Made by a program: the position numbers and the translations under genes. The notes below the pieces were generated by a model. It was not told the DNA's origin, did no database searches, and saw only the letters and a list, made by a program, of their open reading frames with translations. Shown one piece after another: positions 1 to 11,372 of a DNA stretch of 64,000 nt. The stretch comes from Gammaproteobacteria bacterium. GTDB taxonomy: Bacteria; Pseudomonadota; Gammaproteobacteria; Competibacterales; Competibacteraceae. Each line of letters begins with the position of its first letter. Position 1 is the stretch's first letter. Where the stretch lies: positions 49,859 to 113,858 of the forward strand of contig JAXMFZ010000007.1 of the NCBI GenBank assembly GCA_046347515.1, given 5' to 3'.

Positions 1-510
1 GAAGCGTTCGGCGCTGATGAAATAGCGACGCGCGTGGCGTTCGCCCATGGCCCGTATGACGTAGGGGCTGATCACCGCCGGGATCAGACCCAGTTTGACT
101 TCCGACAAGCAGAACGCGGCATTGTCGGCGGCGACCGCGATGTCGCAGCAGGCGACCAGACCGACGCCGCCACCGAACGCCGCGCCCTGCACCCGGGCGA
201 TGGTGGGTTTGCCGATTTCGTGGAGCAGGCGCATCAGTTCGGCGAGTTTACGCGCGTCGCGCAGATTTTCTTTTTCCGAGTAATCGGCCATGCGCTTCAT
301 CCAGTTGAGGTCGGCGCCGGCGGAAAAACTGTTGCCGTTGGCGGCCAGCACCAGGCAGCGCACCGAGGCGTCGGCATCGAGGTTGCGCAGTTCGGCGGTA
401 AGGCCCGCAATCAAGTCATCGTCGAATGCGTTATGCACCTCCGGGCGGTTGAGGGTCAAAGTCGCGACCCCGTTCGGTTTGATGGCGGTCAAGATAGTTT
501 CTGAGCTCAT
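1..510 (-). CDS. liuC: Enoyl-CoA hydratase family protein, probable methylglutaconyl-CoA hydratase (N-terminal 170 aa; 3' end beyond window start)
   Basis: Reverse-strand translation from the ATG at 510 gives MSSETILTAIKPNGVATLTLNRPEVHNAFDD..., a typical crotonase-fold N-terminus. It lies immediately downstream of the MCC beta subunit gene. Confidence 0.7.
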   Translation of the reverse strand, partial: MSSETILTAIKPNGVATLTLNRPEVHNAFDDDLIAGLTAELRNLDADASVRCLVLAANGNSFSAGADLNWMKRMADYSEKENLRDARKLAELMRLLHEIGKPTIARVQGAAFGGGVGLVACCDIAVAADNAAFCLSEVKLGLIPAVISPYVIRAMGERHARRYFISAERF

Positions 511-589
511 GAGACGCACAAATCCTTCAATATCGAGTCATTGAAACGGTCGGGCGGCGCCCCGACGCTTCGCCGCGCAAGCGCGGTCA

Positions 590-2197
590 TTACATGCGGA
601 ATACGCCGAAACGGCTGGCTTCGATGGGCCGGTTGAGCGCCGCCGACAGACATAAACCCAATACCATGCGGGTATCGGCGGGGTCAATCACCCCATCGTC
701 CCACAGCCTCGCGCTGGCGTAATAAGGATGGCCCTCGCGTTCATACTGGGCACGGAGCGGTTGCTTGAACGCCTCTTCCTCGGCGCTGCTCCAAGTTTGG
801 CCCTGGCGTTCCATGCCTTCGCGCTTGACCAGCGCGAGCACGGTGGCGGCCTGCTCGCCGCCCATCACCGAGATGCGTGCGTTCGGCCACATCCATAAAA
901 AACGCGGAGCGTAGGCGCGCCCGCACATGCCATAATTGCCGGCGCCGAAGCTGCCGCCGATGATCACGGTGAACTTGGGCACGCCGGCGCAGGCCACGGC
1001 GGTGACGAGTTTGGCGCCATCCTTGGCGATGCCGCCGGCTTCGTATTTTTGGCCGACCATGAAGCCGGTGATGTTCTGCAGAAACAGCAGCGGGATGTTG
1101 CGCTGGCAGCAGAGTTCGATGAAATGCGCGCCTTTCAGCGCCGATTCGGAAAACAAGATGCCATTATTGGCAAGAAGACCCACCGGGTAGCCGAAAATAT
1201 GCGCGAAGCCACAGACCAAAGTTGTGCCATATAGCGCTTTGAATTCGTCCAGACGGCTGCCGTCGACGATACGCGCAATGACCTCGCGTACGTCGTAGGG
1301 TTTGCGCGCGTCGGCGGGAATTACGCCATGCAACTCCAGCGGATCATAAAGCGGATACTCCGGTTCGCGCAGCGCGAGCATGGGCTGCTTGCGGCGGTTG
1401 AGGCTAGCGATGATACGTCGCGCCAGGCCGAGCGCGTGGGTGTCGCTCAGCGCATAATGGTCGGCGACACCGGAGGTGCGGGTGTGGACATCGGCGCCAC
1501 CCAATTCCTCGGCGCTCACGGTTTCTCCGGTAGCGGCTTTGACGAGCGGCGGGCCGCCCAAGAAAATCGTGCCTTGGTTCCTGACGATGATGGCTTCATC
1601 CGCCATCGCCGGCACGTAAGCGCCCCCCGCCGTGCACGAGCCCATCACGCAGGCGATCTGCGGAATGCCGAGCGCCGACAGGGTCGCCTGATTGTAGAAA
1701 ATTCGCCCGAAGTGGTCGCGGTCGGGAAAGACTTCGTCCTGGTTCGGCAGGTTGGCGCCGCCGGAATCGACGAGATAAATGCAAGGCAAGTGATTGTCAC
1801 GCGCGATGTCCTGGGCGCGCAGATGTTTCTTGACCGTGAGCGGGTAATAAGTGCCGCCTTTCACGGTGGCGTCGTTGCACACGATCATACATTCCGTTCC
1901 CGCCACCCGGCCGATGCCGGTGATGATGCCCGCCGCCGGCACTTCCTCGCTGTACACTTGGTAGGCCGCAAGCTGCGAGAGTTCCAGAAACGGCGAGCCG
2001 GGGTCGAGCAACGTGCGCACCCGCTCGCGTGGGAGCAGCTTGCCACGCGCCAAGTGGCGCTCGCGGGCTGTCGGTCCGCCGCCTTGTTTGATCGCCGCGA
2101 TTTTTTCTTTGAGGTCGGCGACCAGACCCGCCATCCGTTCGGCGTTGGCGCGGAAATCTTCGGCGCGCGGCTTCAGCTTGCTCTGAATAATGCTCAT
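590..2197 (-). CDS. liuB: 3-methylcrotonyl-CoA carboxylase beta subunit (carboxyltransferase)
   Basis: The 535-aa ORF has strong similarity to MCCC2/LiuB carboxyltransferases (…[12 protein letters not shown]…, …[20 protein letters not shown]…). Start chosen at MSIIQSKL rather than the longer upstream extension. Confidence 0.85.
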   Translation of the reverse strand: MSIIQSKLKPRAEDFRANAERMAGLVADLKEKIAAIKQGGGPTARERHLARGKLLPRERVRTLLDPGSPFLELSQLAAYQVYSEEVPAAGIITGIGRVAGTECMIVCNDATVKGGTYYPLTVKKHLRAQDIARDNHLPCIYLVDSGGANLPNQDEVFPDRDHFGRIFYNQATLSALGIPQIACVMGSCTAGGAYVPAMADEAIIVRNQGTIFLGGPPLVKAATGETVSAEELGGADVHTRTSGVADHYALSDTHALGLARRIIASLNRRKQPMLALREPEYPLYDPLELHGVIPADARKPYDVREVIARIVDGSRLDEFKALYGTTLVCGFAHIFGYPVGLLANNGILFSESALKGAHFIELCCQRNIPLLFLQNITGFMVGQKYEAGGIAKDGAKLVTAVACAGVPKFTVIIGGSFGAGNYGMCGRAYAPRFLWMWPNARISVMGGEQAATVLALVKREGMERQGQTWSSAEEEAFKQPLRAQYEREGHPYYASARLWDDGVIDPADTRMVLGLCLSAALNRPIEASRFGVFRM

Positions 2198-2207
2198 GCG
2201 CTGGGCG

Positions 2208-3392
2208 CTATGGTCTCTCGATCGCCATCGCGATGGCTTCGCCGCCACCGATGCAGAGGCTCGCCACCCCGCGTTTGAGGCCGTACTTTTCGAGCGCGTA
2301 CAAGAGTGTGACCAGAATCCGCGCGCCGGATGCGCCGATCGGATGGCCCAAGGCGCAGGCGCCGCCGTGGACGTTCACTTTGTCGTGCGCCAGATCGAGT
2401 TCGCGCATCGCCGCCAGGGTCACTACGGCGAAGGCTTCGTTGATCTCGTAGAGATCGACATCGCGCGCTTTCCAGTTCACTTTTTCCAGGAGTTTTTGGA
2501 TCGCCCCTACCGGTGCGGTGGTGAACCGGGCCGGTTCCTGGGCATGGGTCGCATGGCCGAGTATCCGCGCAAGCGGGGCGATGCCGCGCCTTTCCGCTTC
2601 CGAGCGACGCATCAACACCAGGGCGGCGGCGCCGTCGGAGATCGAGCTGGAGTTGGCCGGGGTGACAGTGCCGTCTTTGCGAAACGCCGGTTTCAGTTGC
2701 GGAATTTTGTCGAGCCTGGCGGTGAGCGGCTGTTCGTCGTGCTCGATCAGGCTCTCACCCTTCTTGTCCTTGACCGTGACCGGCGTCACTTCGGCTTTGA
2801 ACGTGCCGTCTTCGATGGCGCGCCGGGCGCGGGTGAGCGAGGTAATGGCGAAGGCATCTTGGGTTTGCCGCGTGAATTGATAAGCCTCGGCGCAATCTTC
2901 GGCGAACGTGCCCATCAAGCGGCCTTTGTCGTAGGCGTCTTCCAGACCATCCAGGAACAGGTGGTCGTACAACTGGCCGTGGCCGAGCCGGTAGCCGCCG
3001 CGCGCCTTGGCGAGCAGATACGGCGCGTTGCTCATGCTCTCCATGCCCCCCGCCACCATGACCTGGGAGGAGCCGGCGAGCAGGCTGTCATGGGCCAGCA
3101 TCGCCGCTTTCATGCCGGAGCCGCACATTTTGTTTACCGTGGTGCAGCCGGCGGCGAGCGGCAGACCGGCGCCCAGGCTTGCCTGGCGCGCCGGCGCTTG
3201 GCCTTGACCGGCGGGCAGCACGCAGCCCATGACGACTTCTTGCACCGCGGCGGGATTGATGCCCGAGCGCTCGACGGCGGCACGGATCGCGGTGGCGCCC
3301 AGGTCGGGCGCGCTCAGACCGCCGAGCGCGCCTTGCAATCCGCCCATGGGGGTGCGAGCGGCGCTGACGATGACGACAGGATCGGTATTCAT
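2208..3392 (-). CDS. Acetyl-CoA C-acetyltransferase (thiolase II)
   Basis: The 394-aa ORF has thiolase hallmarks: an N-terminal [11 protein letters not shown] motif, the active-site region [10 protein letters not shown] and a C-terminal [13 protein letters not shown]. Confidence 0.85.
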   Translation of the reverse strand: MNTDPVVIVSAARTPMGGLQGALGGLSAPDLGATAIRAAVERSGINPAAVQEVVMGCVLPAGQGQAPARQASLGAGLPLAAGCTTVNKMCGSGMKAAMLAHDSLLAGSSQVMVAGGMESMSNAPYLLAKARGGYRLGHGQLYDHLFLDGLEDAYDKGRLMGTFAEDCAEAYQFTRQTQDAFAITSLTRARRAIEDGTFKAEVTPVTVKDKKGESLIEHDEQPLTARLDKIPQLKPAFRKDGTVTPANSSSISDGAAALVLMRRSEAERRGIAPLARILGHATHAQEPARFTTAPVGAIQKLLEKVNWKARDVDLYEINEAFAVVTLAAMRELDLAHDKVNVHGGACALGHPIGASGARILVTLLYALEKYGLKRGVASLCIGGGEAIAMAIERP

Positions 3393-3408
3393 GACGCTGT
3401 TATCCTGT

Positions 3409-4575
3409 TCAAGCGGTTTCGTTGAAGAGTTCGCGGCCGATCAGCATGCGGCGGATTTCCGAGGTGCCGGCGCCGATTTCATAGAGCTTGGCATCCCTGA
3501 GCAACCGCCCGGTGGGGTAGTCGTTGATATAACCATTACCGCCCAGGCACTGGATCGCTTCCAGCGCCATCCAGGTCGCTTTCTCGGCGGCATAGAGGAT
3601 CGCGCCGGCGGCGTCCTTGCGCGTGGTTTCGCCGCGGTCGCAGGCGGCGCCGACCGCGTATACGTAAGCCTTGCAGGCATTCATGGTGGTGTACATATCG
3701 GCCAGCTTCCCTTGCATGAGCTGGAATTCGCCGATCGGCTGGCCGAACTGTTTGCGTTCATGGACATAAGGAAGCACCACATCCATGCAGGCTTGCATGA
3801 TGCCCAAGGGGCCGGCGGCGAGCACCGCGCGCTCGTAGTCGAGGCCGCTCATCAGCACGCGCACGCCCTGATTGACCGTGCCCAGAATATTGTCCGCGGG
3901 CACTTCGCAGTCCTGAAAGACCAATTCGCAGGTGTTGGAGCCGCGCATCCCGAGTTTGTCGAGCTTTTGCGCGGTGGAAAACCCCTGGTAGCCCTTCTCG
4001 ACGATGAACGCGGTGATGCCCTTGGAGCCCGCTTGCGGGTCGGTCTTGGCGTAGACCACCGCGACGTCGGCGTCGGGGCCGTTGGTGATCCACATCTTGT
4101 TGCCATTCAGCACATAAGCCGAGTTGCCCTTTTTTTCAGCGCGCAGGCGCATGCCGACGACGTCGGAGCCGGCGCCGGGTTCGGACATGGCGAGCGCGCC
4201 GACGTGTTCGCCGGTGATGAGCTTGGGTAAGTACTGGCGCTTTTGCGCCTCCGTGCCGTTGCGGCGGATCTGGTTCACCGCCAGGTTCGAGTGCGCACCA
4301 TAGGAAAGCCCGACCGCCGCCGAGGCGCGGCTGATCTCCTCCATCGCGACAATATGGGCGAGGTAACCCATGCCGGTACCGCCGTATTCTTCTTCGACGG
4401 TGATGCCGAGCACGCCGAGGTCGCCGAATTTACGCCACAAATCCTGGGGGAATTCGTTATTCTGATCGATGGCGGCGGCGCGCGGCGCAATCTCCTTGGC
4501 GGCGAAGCCTTGCACAGTGGCGCGCAGCATGTCGGTGGCCTCGCCAAGGGCGAAATTGAGGGTGGATGATCGCAT
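3409..4575 (-). CDS. liuA: Isovaleryl-CoA dehydrogenase
   Basis: Near-identical motifs to characterised IVDs ([72 protein letters not shown]). Start set at MRSSTLNF. Confidence 0.85.
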   Translation of the reverse strand: MRSSTLNFALGEATDMLRATVQGFAAKEIAPRAAAIDQNNEFPQDLWRKFGDLGVLGITVEEEYGGTGMGYLAHIVAMEEISRASAAVGLSYGAHSNLAVNQIRRNGTEAQKRQYLPKLITGEHVGALAMSEPGAGSDVVGMRLRAEKKGNSAYVLNGNKMWITNGPDADVAVVYAKTDPQAGSKGITAFIVEKGYQGFSTAQKLDKLGMRGSNTCELVFQDCEVPADNILGTVNQGVRVLMSGLDYERAVLAAGPLGIMQACMDVVLPYVHERKQFGQPIGEFQLMQGKLADMYTTMNACKAYVYAVGAACDRGETTRKDAAGAILYAAEKATWMALEAIQCLGGNGYINDYPTGRLLRDAKLYEIGAGTSEIRRMLIGRELFNETA

Positions 4576-4681
4576 GGTAACGGCTCCCCGCAATAGCGAA
4601 TCGAATGGGCAGCGCCTACGTTAAAGAGCCTGCATGCGCGCGTCAATGCGCGAGGCGCATGCTAAAGCGCCAGACTCGCCT

Positions 4682-6316
4682 CTAACTTCGGCAGTACGCC
4701 AGCAGCCCCAAGGTTGAACCGTCGTGCGCGCCAAATGGCTGCTTGCCCTGCAATTCGGGCAACAGGGTGGTGGCGAGCTGTTTACCGAGTTCGACGCCCC
4801 ACTGATCGAAGGAGTTGATGTTCCAAATGACACCTTGCACGAACACTTTATGTTCGTAGAGCGCGAGCAGCGATCCCAGGGTGCGCGGCGTGAGGCGGCG
4901 ATACAAAATGGCGGTACTGGGGCGGTTACCTGCGAAAGTCTTGTAGGGCAACAGCGCTTCCAGCGCCGCGCCGCTCATGCCCTGGGCTTCCAGTTCGGCG
5001 CGCGCTTCGCCAGGGGTTTTGCCTTTCATGAGCGCTTCGAGTTGCGCGAGATAGTGGGCGATCATGATGGCATGGTGATCGCCGAGCGGATCGGGGGTTT
5101 CGACCGGGGCGAGGAAATCGCAAGGGATCAGCCGCGTGCCCTGATGGATGAGTTGATAAAACGCATGTTGGCCGTTGTTGCCGAGGCCACCCCAGACGAT
5201 CGGGCCGGTGGCGTAGGTGACGGGGTGGCCATCGCGATCCACTGCTTTGCCATTGCTTTCCATGTCAAGCTGTTGGAGGTAGGCGGGCAGCGAGCGCATA
5301 TACTGATCATATACCAGCACCGCGAGGGTGTCGGCACCGAGAAAATTGATATTCCAAATGCCGACCAAGGCCAGAATCGCGGGGATATTCGCTTCGAGCG
5401 GCGCGGTGCGGAAATGTTCATCCAGCGCATGGGCGCCAGCGAGCAGTTCACGAAAGCGCTCGTAGCCGAGATACAGAGCGATGGGCAGTCCGATCGCCGA
5501 CCACAGCGAATAGCGTCCGCCGACCCAATCCCAGAATTCGAACATGTTGTTGGGGTCGATGCCGAACGCCCGCACCGCCGCCGTGTTGGTGGAAACCGCA
5601 ACGAAGTGCTTGGCGATGGCGGCTTCGTTGCCGAGCGCGGCGAGCAGCCAGTCGCGGGCGCTGTTGGCGTTGGTCATCGTTTCCTGGGTGGTGAAGGTCT
5701 TGGAGGCGACGATGAATAGCGTGGTTTCCGGGTCGCACTGGGTCAGCACCGGGTAGATGTGCGCACTATCCACGCTGGAGATGAAGTGCATACTCAGCTG
5801 CGGATCGCCGAAGGGTTGCAAGGCCTGGCATACCAATCGTGGACCGAGGTCGGAGCCGCCGATGCCGATGTTGACGATATGGCGCACCGGCTTGCCGGTG
5901 TAACCGGTCCACGCGCCGCTGCGCACTTTTTCGGAAAAGCGGCGGATGTGTTCGAGCACGCGATTGACGGCGGGCGTTACGTTTTCGCCCTGCGCGAGAA
6001 CCGGGCGGTTACCGGTATTGCGTAGGGCGACGTGCAGCACCGAGCGATGCTCGGTGTGGTTGAGTGGCTCGCCGGCGAACATACGCTCGATCCAAGCCGG
6101 TACCTCGGCTTGGCGCGCGAGTTCCAGCAGCAACGCTAGGGTTTCAGCGGTGATGCGCTGTTTCGAGGCATCGATCAAGAGTTCCTCGAAGCGCCATGAC
6201 AAACGCTGGAAGCGTTCCGGGTCCAACGCGAACAGGTCGCGCAAATGCAGCGTACTGGTGGCGTCGCGGTGTTCGCTGAGCGCCTGCCAAGCGGGCAAGG
6301 TGATAGGCGACGGCAT
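4682..6316 (-). CDS. pgi: Glucose-6-phosphate isomerase
   Basis: The 544-aa ORF carries the PGI signatures (…[10 protein letters not shown]…, …[11 protein letters not shown]…, C-terminal …[12 protein letters not shown]…). Confidence 0.9.
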   Translation of the reverse strand: MPSPITLPAWQALSEHRDATSTLHLRDLFALDPERFQRLSWRFEELLIDASKQRITAETLALLLELARQAEVPAWIERMFAGEPLNHTEHRSVLHVALRNTGNRPVLAQGENVTPAVNRVLEHIRRFSEKVRSGAWTGYTGKPVRHIVNIGIGGSDLGPRLVCQALQPFGDPQLSMHFISSVDSAHIYPVLTQCDPETTLFIVASKTFTTQETMTNANSARDWLLAALGNEAAIAKHFVAVSTNTAAVRAFGIDPNNMFEFWDWVGGRYSLWSAIGLPIALYLGYERFRELLAGAHALDEHFRTAPLEANIPAILALVGIWNINFLGADTLAVLVYDQYMRSLPAYLQQLDMESNGKAVDRDGHPVTYATGPIVWGGLGNNGQHAFYQLIHQGTRLIPCDFLAPVETPDPLGDHHAIMIAHYLAQLEALMKGKTPGEARAELEAQGMSGAALEALLPYKTFAGNRPSTAILYRRLTPRTLGSLLALYEHKVFVQGVIWNINSFDQWGVELGKQLATTLLPELQGKQPFGAHDGSTLGLLAYCRS

Positions 6317-6343
6317 GGCTGCGCTCCGCTATGAATACAAGAG

Positions 6344-7186
6344 TTATTCGGGACGGCCGGTGCGGCGCATCAAGCCGCGCTGAGGGTCGTAACCCCAGGC
6401 CGCCACCGCGAAGAAAACCAGCAAGCTCACCAGCACGACGGCGAGCGAAGTGGCGTTGAACTGACCATAAAGCGCGAAGCGGATCAGCTCCACCGCGTGG
6501 GTAAACGGGTTCCAGGAAGCGAGTTGGTAAAGCCACTCGGCGCCGGACTCGCGCAGCTTCCACAGCGGATACAGCGCCGAGGAGATGAAGAACATCGGAA
6601 AAATCACGAAATTCATGGTGCCGGCGAAGTTTTCCAGTTGTTTGATGCGCACCGATAGCAAGAGTCCCAATGCGCCCAGCATCATACCGCCCAGGATCAG
6701 CGGAATCAGCGCGTAGAGCCAGCCGCTCCAAGGGATATCGACCCTGAACAGCGCGGCAATGGCAAGAAAGGCATAGGCTTGCAGCACCGACAGCAGGGTG
6801 CCCGCCATCAGTTTGGCGAACAGCAGATACCAGCGCGGCAGCGGTGCGGTGAGGAGGAGGCGCATCATGCCCATCTCGCGGTCGTAGACCATGGCGAGCG
6901 ACGATTGCATGCCGTTGAACAGCAACACCATGCCCAGCAGCCCGGGAATGATGTAGACCTGATATTCGATATAGGTTTCGTAGGGCGGGATGATGGATAC
7001 GCCGAATACATTCTGGAAGCCGGCAGCGAATACGATCAGCCACAGGCTGGGGCGCACCAGCGCCGAGAACAAACGCCCGGTCTGGCGCACGAATTTGGCG
7101 ACCTCGCGTTCGGTGACGGCGAGCAGGGCTTGAGAATAATGACTGAAGCTCAAAGTGCGGCGTTGGGATTCGATTGCGATAGCCAT
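6344..7186 (-). CDS. ABC-2 type transporter permease
   Basis: Six predicted transmembrane segments and an ABC-2 family composition. Start taken at MAIAIESQ. The long N-terminal extension in the ORF track is Arg/Pro-rich, non-membrane and overlaps the upstream ATPase, so it was not used. Confidence 0.7.
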   Translation of the reverse strand: MAIAIESQRRTLSFSHYSQALLAVTEREVAKFVRQTGRLFSALVRPSLWLIVFAAGFQNVFGVSIIPPYETYIEYQVYIIPGLLGMVLLFNGMQSSLAMVYDREMGMMRLLLTAPLPRWYLLFAKLMAGTLLSVLQAYAFLAIAALFRVDIPWSGWLYALIPLILGGMMLGALGLLLSVRIKQLENFAGTMNFVIFPMFFISSALYPLWKLRESGAEWLYQLASWNPFTHAVELIRFALYGQFNATSLAVVLVSLLVFFAVAAWGYDPQRGLMRRTGRPE

Positions 7187-7191
7187 GCTGT

Positions 7192-7938
7192 TCACTTGGT
7201 GAGGGATAGGAAGACGTCGACCAGACGGTTGGCGCCGGCGGCTTGCACCAGCGCGGCGGGTGCGCCTTCGCGCAATACTTTGCCTTGGTGCAGGATGATG
7301 ACGCGGTCGGCGTGCTCGGCTTCGTCCACCAGGTGGGTTGCCCACAACACGCCAACCTGGCGCTCGCGGCACAAACTCAGCACATTGTCGAGAAGCTGGC
7401 GGCGTGAAGCCGGATCGAGGCCGACGGTGGCCTCGTCCATCAATAACACCGAGGGTTCATGTACCAGCGCGCGGGCAAGCTCCACTTTGCGCCGATTGCC
7501 GCCGCTCAGGTTGCGCACCGGCTCGCGGGCGCGCTCGCTGAGTTCCAGGCGCGCCAATTCTTCGGCGATACGCGCTTTGGCTTGCGCGCGCGGCATGCCG
7601 TGCAAGCGCCCATGAAACAGCAAATTGGCGTTGACCGACAAGTCGAGATCCAGGGTAGGCTGTTGAAACACAATGCCAATGCCGGCTAGCGCCTTGACCG
7701 GACTCACGCTGATATCGTGGTCGAGTACCGAAATGTGCCCGCCATCGGCCACGAACAAACCGCTCAACAGCTGGAACAGGGTGGATTTACCCGCGCCATT
7801 CGGACCCAACAGCGCGACGAATTCGCCGCGGCGGATCGCAAGATTGACTTTATCCAGCGCTTTACGCGGGCCGTATGACTTGCTGACATCGGTCACGGAC
7901 AGGATGGTTGCAGCGGGGGCGAGAGCCGTTTCGATCAT
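7192..7938 (-). CDS. ABC transporter ATP-binding protein (ABC-2 exporter type)
   Basis: Walker A (GPNGAGKST), ABC signature (LSGGNRRK) and Walker B (LLMDEATVGLD). Translationally coupled to the permease at 6344-7186. Confidence 0.8.
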   Translation of the reverse strand: MIETALAPAATILSVTDVSKSYGPRKALDKVNLAIRRGEFVALLGPNGAGKSTLFQLLSGLFVADGGHISVLDHDISVSPVKALAGIGIVFQQPTLDLDLSVNANLLFHGRLHGMPRAQAKARIAEELARLELSERAREPVRNLSGGNRRKVELARALVHEPSVLLMDEATVGLDPASRRQLLDNVLSLCRERQVGVLWATHLVDEAEHADRVIILHQGKVLREGAPAALVQAAGANRLVDVFLSLTK

Positions 7939-7946
7939 GGGTTTTG

Positions 7947-8738
7947 CTAAACCGTAGTGTTGTTATGTTGGGCCGGTTCGCGGATGGTGGCGGCGGGTTC
8001 GCTGTATGCCGGCGAGCAAATCAGGTGTTCGCCGAACAGCCGGGTTTGCAGGGCATAAATTTCAGGGTCGTCGGGATAACGCGGGCGCGGCAGCAGGATG
8101 GGCACTTCCATCACCACGCGGCCCGGACCCGCCGACATGAACAATACCCGATCACCCAGCGCCAGCGCTTCGCGCATGTCATGGGTGACGAACAACACAG
8201 TGGTGCCTTGCCTGCGCCACAACCATTCAGCATCGCACGCAAGCGGTTGGCGACCGGGGCGTCGAGCGATACGAACGGTTCATCCATCAGCAGCAGGCGC
8301 GGCTGGATGGTGAACGCGCGCGCCAGCGCCACCCGCCGCTGCATGCCGCCGGACAGTGCTGATCGGGTAGGCGTCGAGCACATCGCCGAGTTCCATCGCG
8401 GCAAGCAACTCGCGCGCCCGCGCCGTGGATTCGGGGCTGTCGTCCAGCACCAGGCGTACATTGTCGAGCACACTCAGCCATGGCATCAGGCGTGGGCTCC
8501 TGAAACATGTAGCCGATGCCGGCGGTCGAAGTCGAGCCGTCCAGCGTGACGGAGCCTTGGTAGTCGCGATCCAGCCCGCCGATGATATTGAGGGAGCGTG
8601 CTTTTACCGCAGCCCGACGGCCGACCAGACAGGCGAATTCACCGCGCGCGACCCGGAAATTCAGACCTCCAGGGCTAGATGCGCCAAGCCCGAGGTGCGG
8701 CTCGGATAATATTTGCGGATGATATCGACGGCGAGCAT
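7947..8738 (-). pseudogene. Sulfonate/nitrate/taurine-type ABC ATPase (SsuB-like), disrupted by at least three frameshifts
   Basis: ATPase segments are spread over three reading frames: N-terminus MLAVDII... (stop-interrupted); [10 protein letters not shown]... (8280-8486); ...[15 protein letters not shown]...[12 protein letters not shown]... (8111-8473); and the C-terminus [10 protein letters not shown]... (7947-8222). Confidence 0.6.
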
Positions 8739-8740
8739 AT

Positions 8741-9508
8741 CTAAAGACGCCAAGCGGTGAGGCGGCGTTCCAGGGGCCGCATCAGCAGGGCCTCGATCAC
8801 CAACACGACGACCGCGAACACCAGGGTATAGGCGAGCACTCCGGTGATATCGAACAACTGAAAAAATACATTCAATTCGAAACCGATGCCATTGCTGCGC
8901 CCCAATAGTTCCACCACCAGGACGATTTTCCAGATCAGCGTGACAGCCCGCCGCGCGCGGCGGCCATCAGGTAGGGGTAGAGTTGGGGCAGATAAACTTG
9001 GGTGAGGGTGCGCCAGCGTGCCACCCGGAATGCCTCCGCCACTTGCATGAGGTCGCGATCCACGGCGCGCGAACCCTCGCGCACGGTGACGATGACGGTG
9101 GGAATCTGTTGACCGCCACGGCGATGATCGCGGCAAGCTCCGACAAACCGAACCACACATAGCACAGGATGATGGTGACCAAGCGCCGGAATATTGAGGC
9201 CGATGATCAGCCAGCCGTCCAGAAACGTGTCGGTGCGCCGCCAGCGCCCCATGACGATGCCGATGATCGCACCGATCAGCATGGCGACGATGAAGCTCAC
9301 CACTACCCGTAGCAGCGTGATGCCGAGATGCCAGAGCAGCGTGCCGCTGATGATTTCGGACAACGATGCGCTGGACCACGGCGGCGGGAGAGGGCAGGGA
9401 CGAACTGGCGGCCAACATCGCGGCGGTTTGCCAGAACGCCACGAACAAGGCGAAGGACAGCAGGCGCAGCCCGGATTCACTGCGGCGATTGGCGACGGCG
9501 ACCATCAA
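8741..9508 (-). pseudogene. Sulfonate-type ABC permease (SsuC-like), disrupted by at least two frameshifts
   Basis: The N-terminal segment (LRLLSFALFVAFWQTAAML) and the C-terminal segment (AVTLIWKIVLVVELLGRSNGIGFELN...) lie in one frame, while the central transmembrane core (VVSFIVAMLIGAIIGIVMG...) lies in another frame (8935-9480). Confidence 0.6.
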
Positions 9509-9517
9509 GGCGACGGA

Positions 9518-10501
9518 TCAGTACGAATAGCCTTCCCAGAACGTACCGGGGCTGAGCACCTTGCTCTTGCCTATGAGGTCTTCGCCTCCCAGTTCCGCGA
9601 GGATCCCGAACACTTGACCGGCGGCTTCGATCTCGGCGTTACCGAAATGTTCCGGTATGCCGGCGCGGTAGTCGCCGCGCAGCGCCGCCAGGATATTGTC
9701 GTTTTCGGCCTTGGTCAGGTCTTTGACCGCATCCCAGGCTTCATTAGATTCCTTCAGGAGCTGTTTCGCTTTGCGTGACGCGCGCAAAAAACCTTCGACG
9801 GTGGCGCGATTCTGCTTGGCCCAGGCTTCATCGAATACCCAGCCCAGCAATGGCGGATTGGCTTTGACGCCGAGCGCGGGCAGGATGTCGCTCACTTCGA
9901 CGATGGATTTCATACCGGCGGCTTTGAGGCGCGCCGAATGCCAGAAGTTGAGGACGGCGTCGAGTTCGCCTTTGCCTATCAATTCGTTCAGCAGCGGTGG
10001 CGCGGCAAAGTTTGGTTGCAACGTATCCACGATATCCTTACTGGCGGTTTTGCGGCTGTAAGCGCGCAACAACAGCCAACTCTTGTCGATAGGGCCGCCG
10101 GCCACGCCCAGGCGTTTACCAGCCAAGCTGGCGAGGTCTTTGACGCCGCTGTCGGGGCGGGCGATCAACGCGCCTACCGTCAGCGAATACGGGGCGAACG
10201 TGAGCGGATGGCCTTCGGCGCGCTGGCGCGAAACCCACAGCCAGTCGCTGACGATCATATCGACCGCGCCGCCCTGGATGGCGACCTTGGTCGCTTCATT
10301 GTTGGCGAGATCGACGATCTCCAGATCGACGCCTTCGGCCTGGGCAAGCCCCTTCTTTTGGATCACCGCGACTTCCCAGTTGACCGTGCCGAATTTGACC
10401 AGACCCAAGCGTATTTTGCCCGCCTGCGCGGCGCTTGGCAGCGCCAGGGTGGTCAACCCAATTGTCAGCGCGGCCAATAGCACGCGCGCGATAGCCTGCA
10501 T
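9518..10501 (-). CDS. ABC transporter substrate-binding protein, NitT/TauT (sulfonate-binding) family; apparently intact
   Basis: Signal peptide MQAIARVLLAALTIGLTTLALPSAAQA followed by a periplasmic binding fold. First gene of the operon with the disrupted permease and ATPase. Confidence 0.7.
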   Translation of the reverse strand: MQAIARVLLAALTIGLTTLALPSAAQAGKIRLGLVKFGTVNWEVAVIQKKGLAQAEGVDLEIVDLANNEATKVAIQGGAVDMIVSDWLWVSRQRAEGHPLTFAPYSLTVGALIARPDSGVKDLASLAGKRLGVAGGPIDKSWLLLRAYSRKTASKDIVDTLQPNFAAPPLLNELIGKGELDAVLNFWHSARLKAAGMKSIVEVSDILPALGVKANPPLLGWVFDEAWAKQNRATVEGFLRASRKAKQLLKESNEAWDAVKDLTKAENDNILAALRGDYRAGIPEHFGNAEIEAAGQVFGILAELGGEDLIGKSKVLSPGTFWEGYSY

Positions 10502-10572
10502 GGGATTCCTCCTGAGGTTTATTCGAATATGCTGGGATTCAGCGGCTTTGAATTGTAATCGCAAGGCTGGGC

Positions 10573-11319
10573 TTAGGCCACCGAACAAGCCGGGCAGCGC
10601 GAATTTTTCTTGACGGTCAGCACCCGCCATTCCATGCGCAAACCATCCAGCACCAATAGCCGCCCGCTCAGCGTCACCCCGGCACCGGTGACGAGTTTGA
10701 TCGCTTCCAGTGCCTGGATGCTGCCCACGATGCCGAGCATTGGCGCCATCACGCCCGCCTGGCTACAGGTTTCGGCGACGTTCTCGTCGCTGCGGTATAG
10801 GCAGCGGTAGCAGGGAGAGTCCGGTTGATCGGGACGATAGACGAGCACCTGGCCCTCGAAGCGGATCGCCGCCCCGATGACCAGCGGTTTGTAGGCGCGC
10901 ACGCAAGCGCCGTTGATCGCGAGTCGGGTGGCGAGATTGTCGCTCGCGTCGATCACCACATCGGCGCGTTCGACCTCGCTGGCGAGTTCGGCATCATCCA
11001 GCGCGTGACCGATGGTGGCCACTTGAATCGATGGGTTGATGGCATGGATCGCATCGCGCGCCGATTCGACTTTGGCGCGGCCCAAATCCGCCATGCCATG
11101 AACGATTTGGCGCTGTAGATTGGAAACTTCGACCGCATCGAAATCGACCAGAGTCAGATGTCCCACGCCGGCGGCGGCGAGGTAAAGCACAATCGGCGAT
11201 CCCAGTCCGCCGAGGCCGATGATCAGAGCGCGCGCCGCGCCGAGGCGCTCCTGTCCGGCAATGTCGATCTCCGGCAACAAGATCTGCCGGCTATAGCGCA
11301 ATAGCGTTTGGTCGTCCAA
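10573..11319 (-). CDS. moeB: Molybdopterin-synthase adenylyltransferase
   Basis: ThiF/MoeB fold with GLGGLGSP nucleotide-binding motif and a C-terminal CxxC pair (CYRC...CPAC). Confidence 0.85.
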   Translation of the reverse strand: MDDQTLLRYSRQILLPEIDIAGQERLGAARALIIGLGGLGSPIVLYLAAAGVGHLTLVDFDAVEVSNLQRQIVHGMADLGRAKVESARDAIHAINPSIQVATIGHALDDAELASEVERADVVIDASDNLATRLAINGACVRAYKPLVIGAAIRFEGQVLVYRPDQPDSPCYRCLYRSDENVAETCSQAGVMAPMLGIVGSIQALEAIKLVTGAGVTLSGRLLVLDGLRMEWRVLTVKKNSRCPACSVA

Positions 11320-11372
11320 CAGGGTGTGATTTTTACGGTCAATAACAAGAGAGCGGGCGGCGTTTGGTTTTT

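Noticed and set aside
1328-3425. Long plus-strand ORFs (316 aa and 411 aa) opposite liuB and the thiolase
   Set aside because: These are shadow ORFs on the antisense strand of strongly supported genes in high-GC DNA. Their translations are Arg/Ala/Gly-rich with no family resemblance.
6344-7372. N-terminal 62-aa extension of the ABC-2 permease ORF
   Set aside because: The extension is Arg/Pro-rich, overlaps the upstream ATPase gene and precedes a good internal start (MAIAIE) located 6 nt after the ATPase stop.
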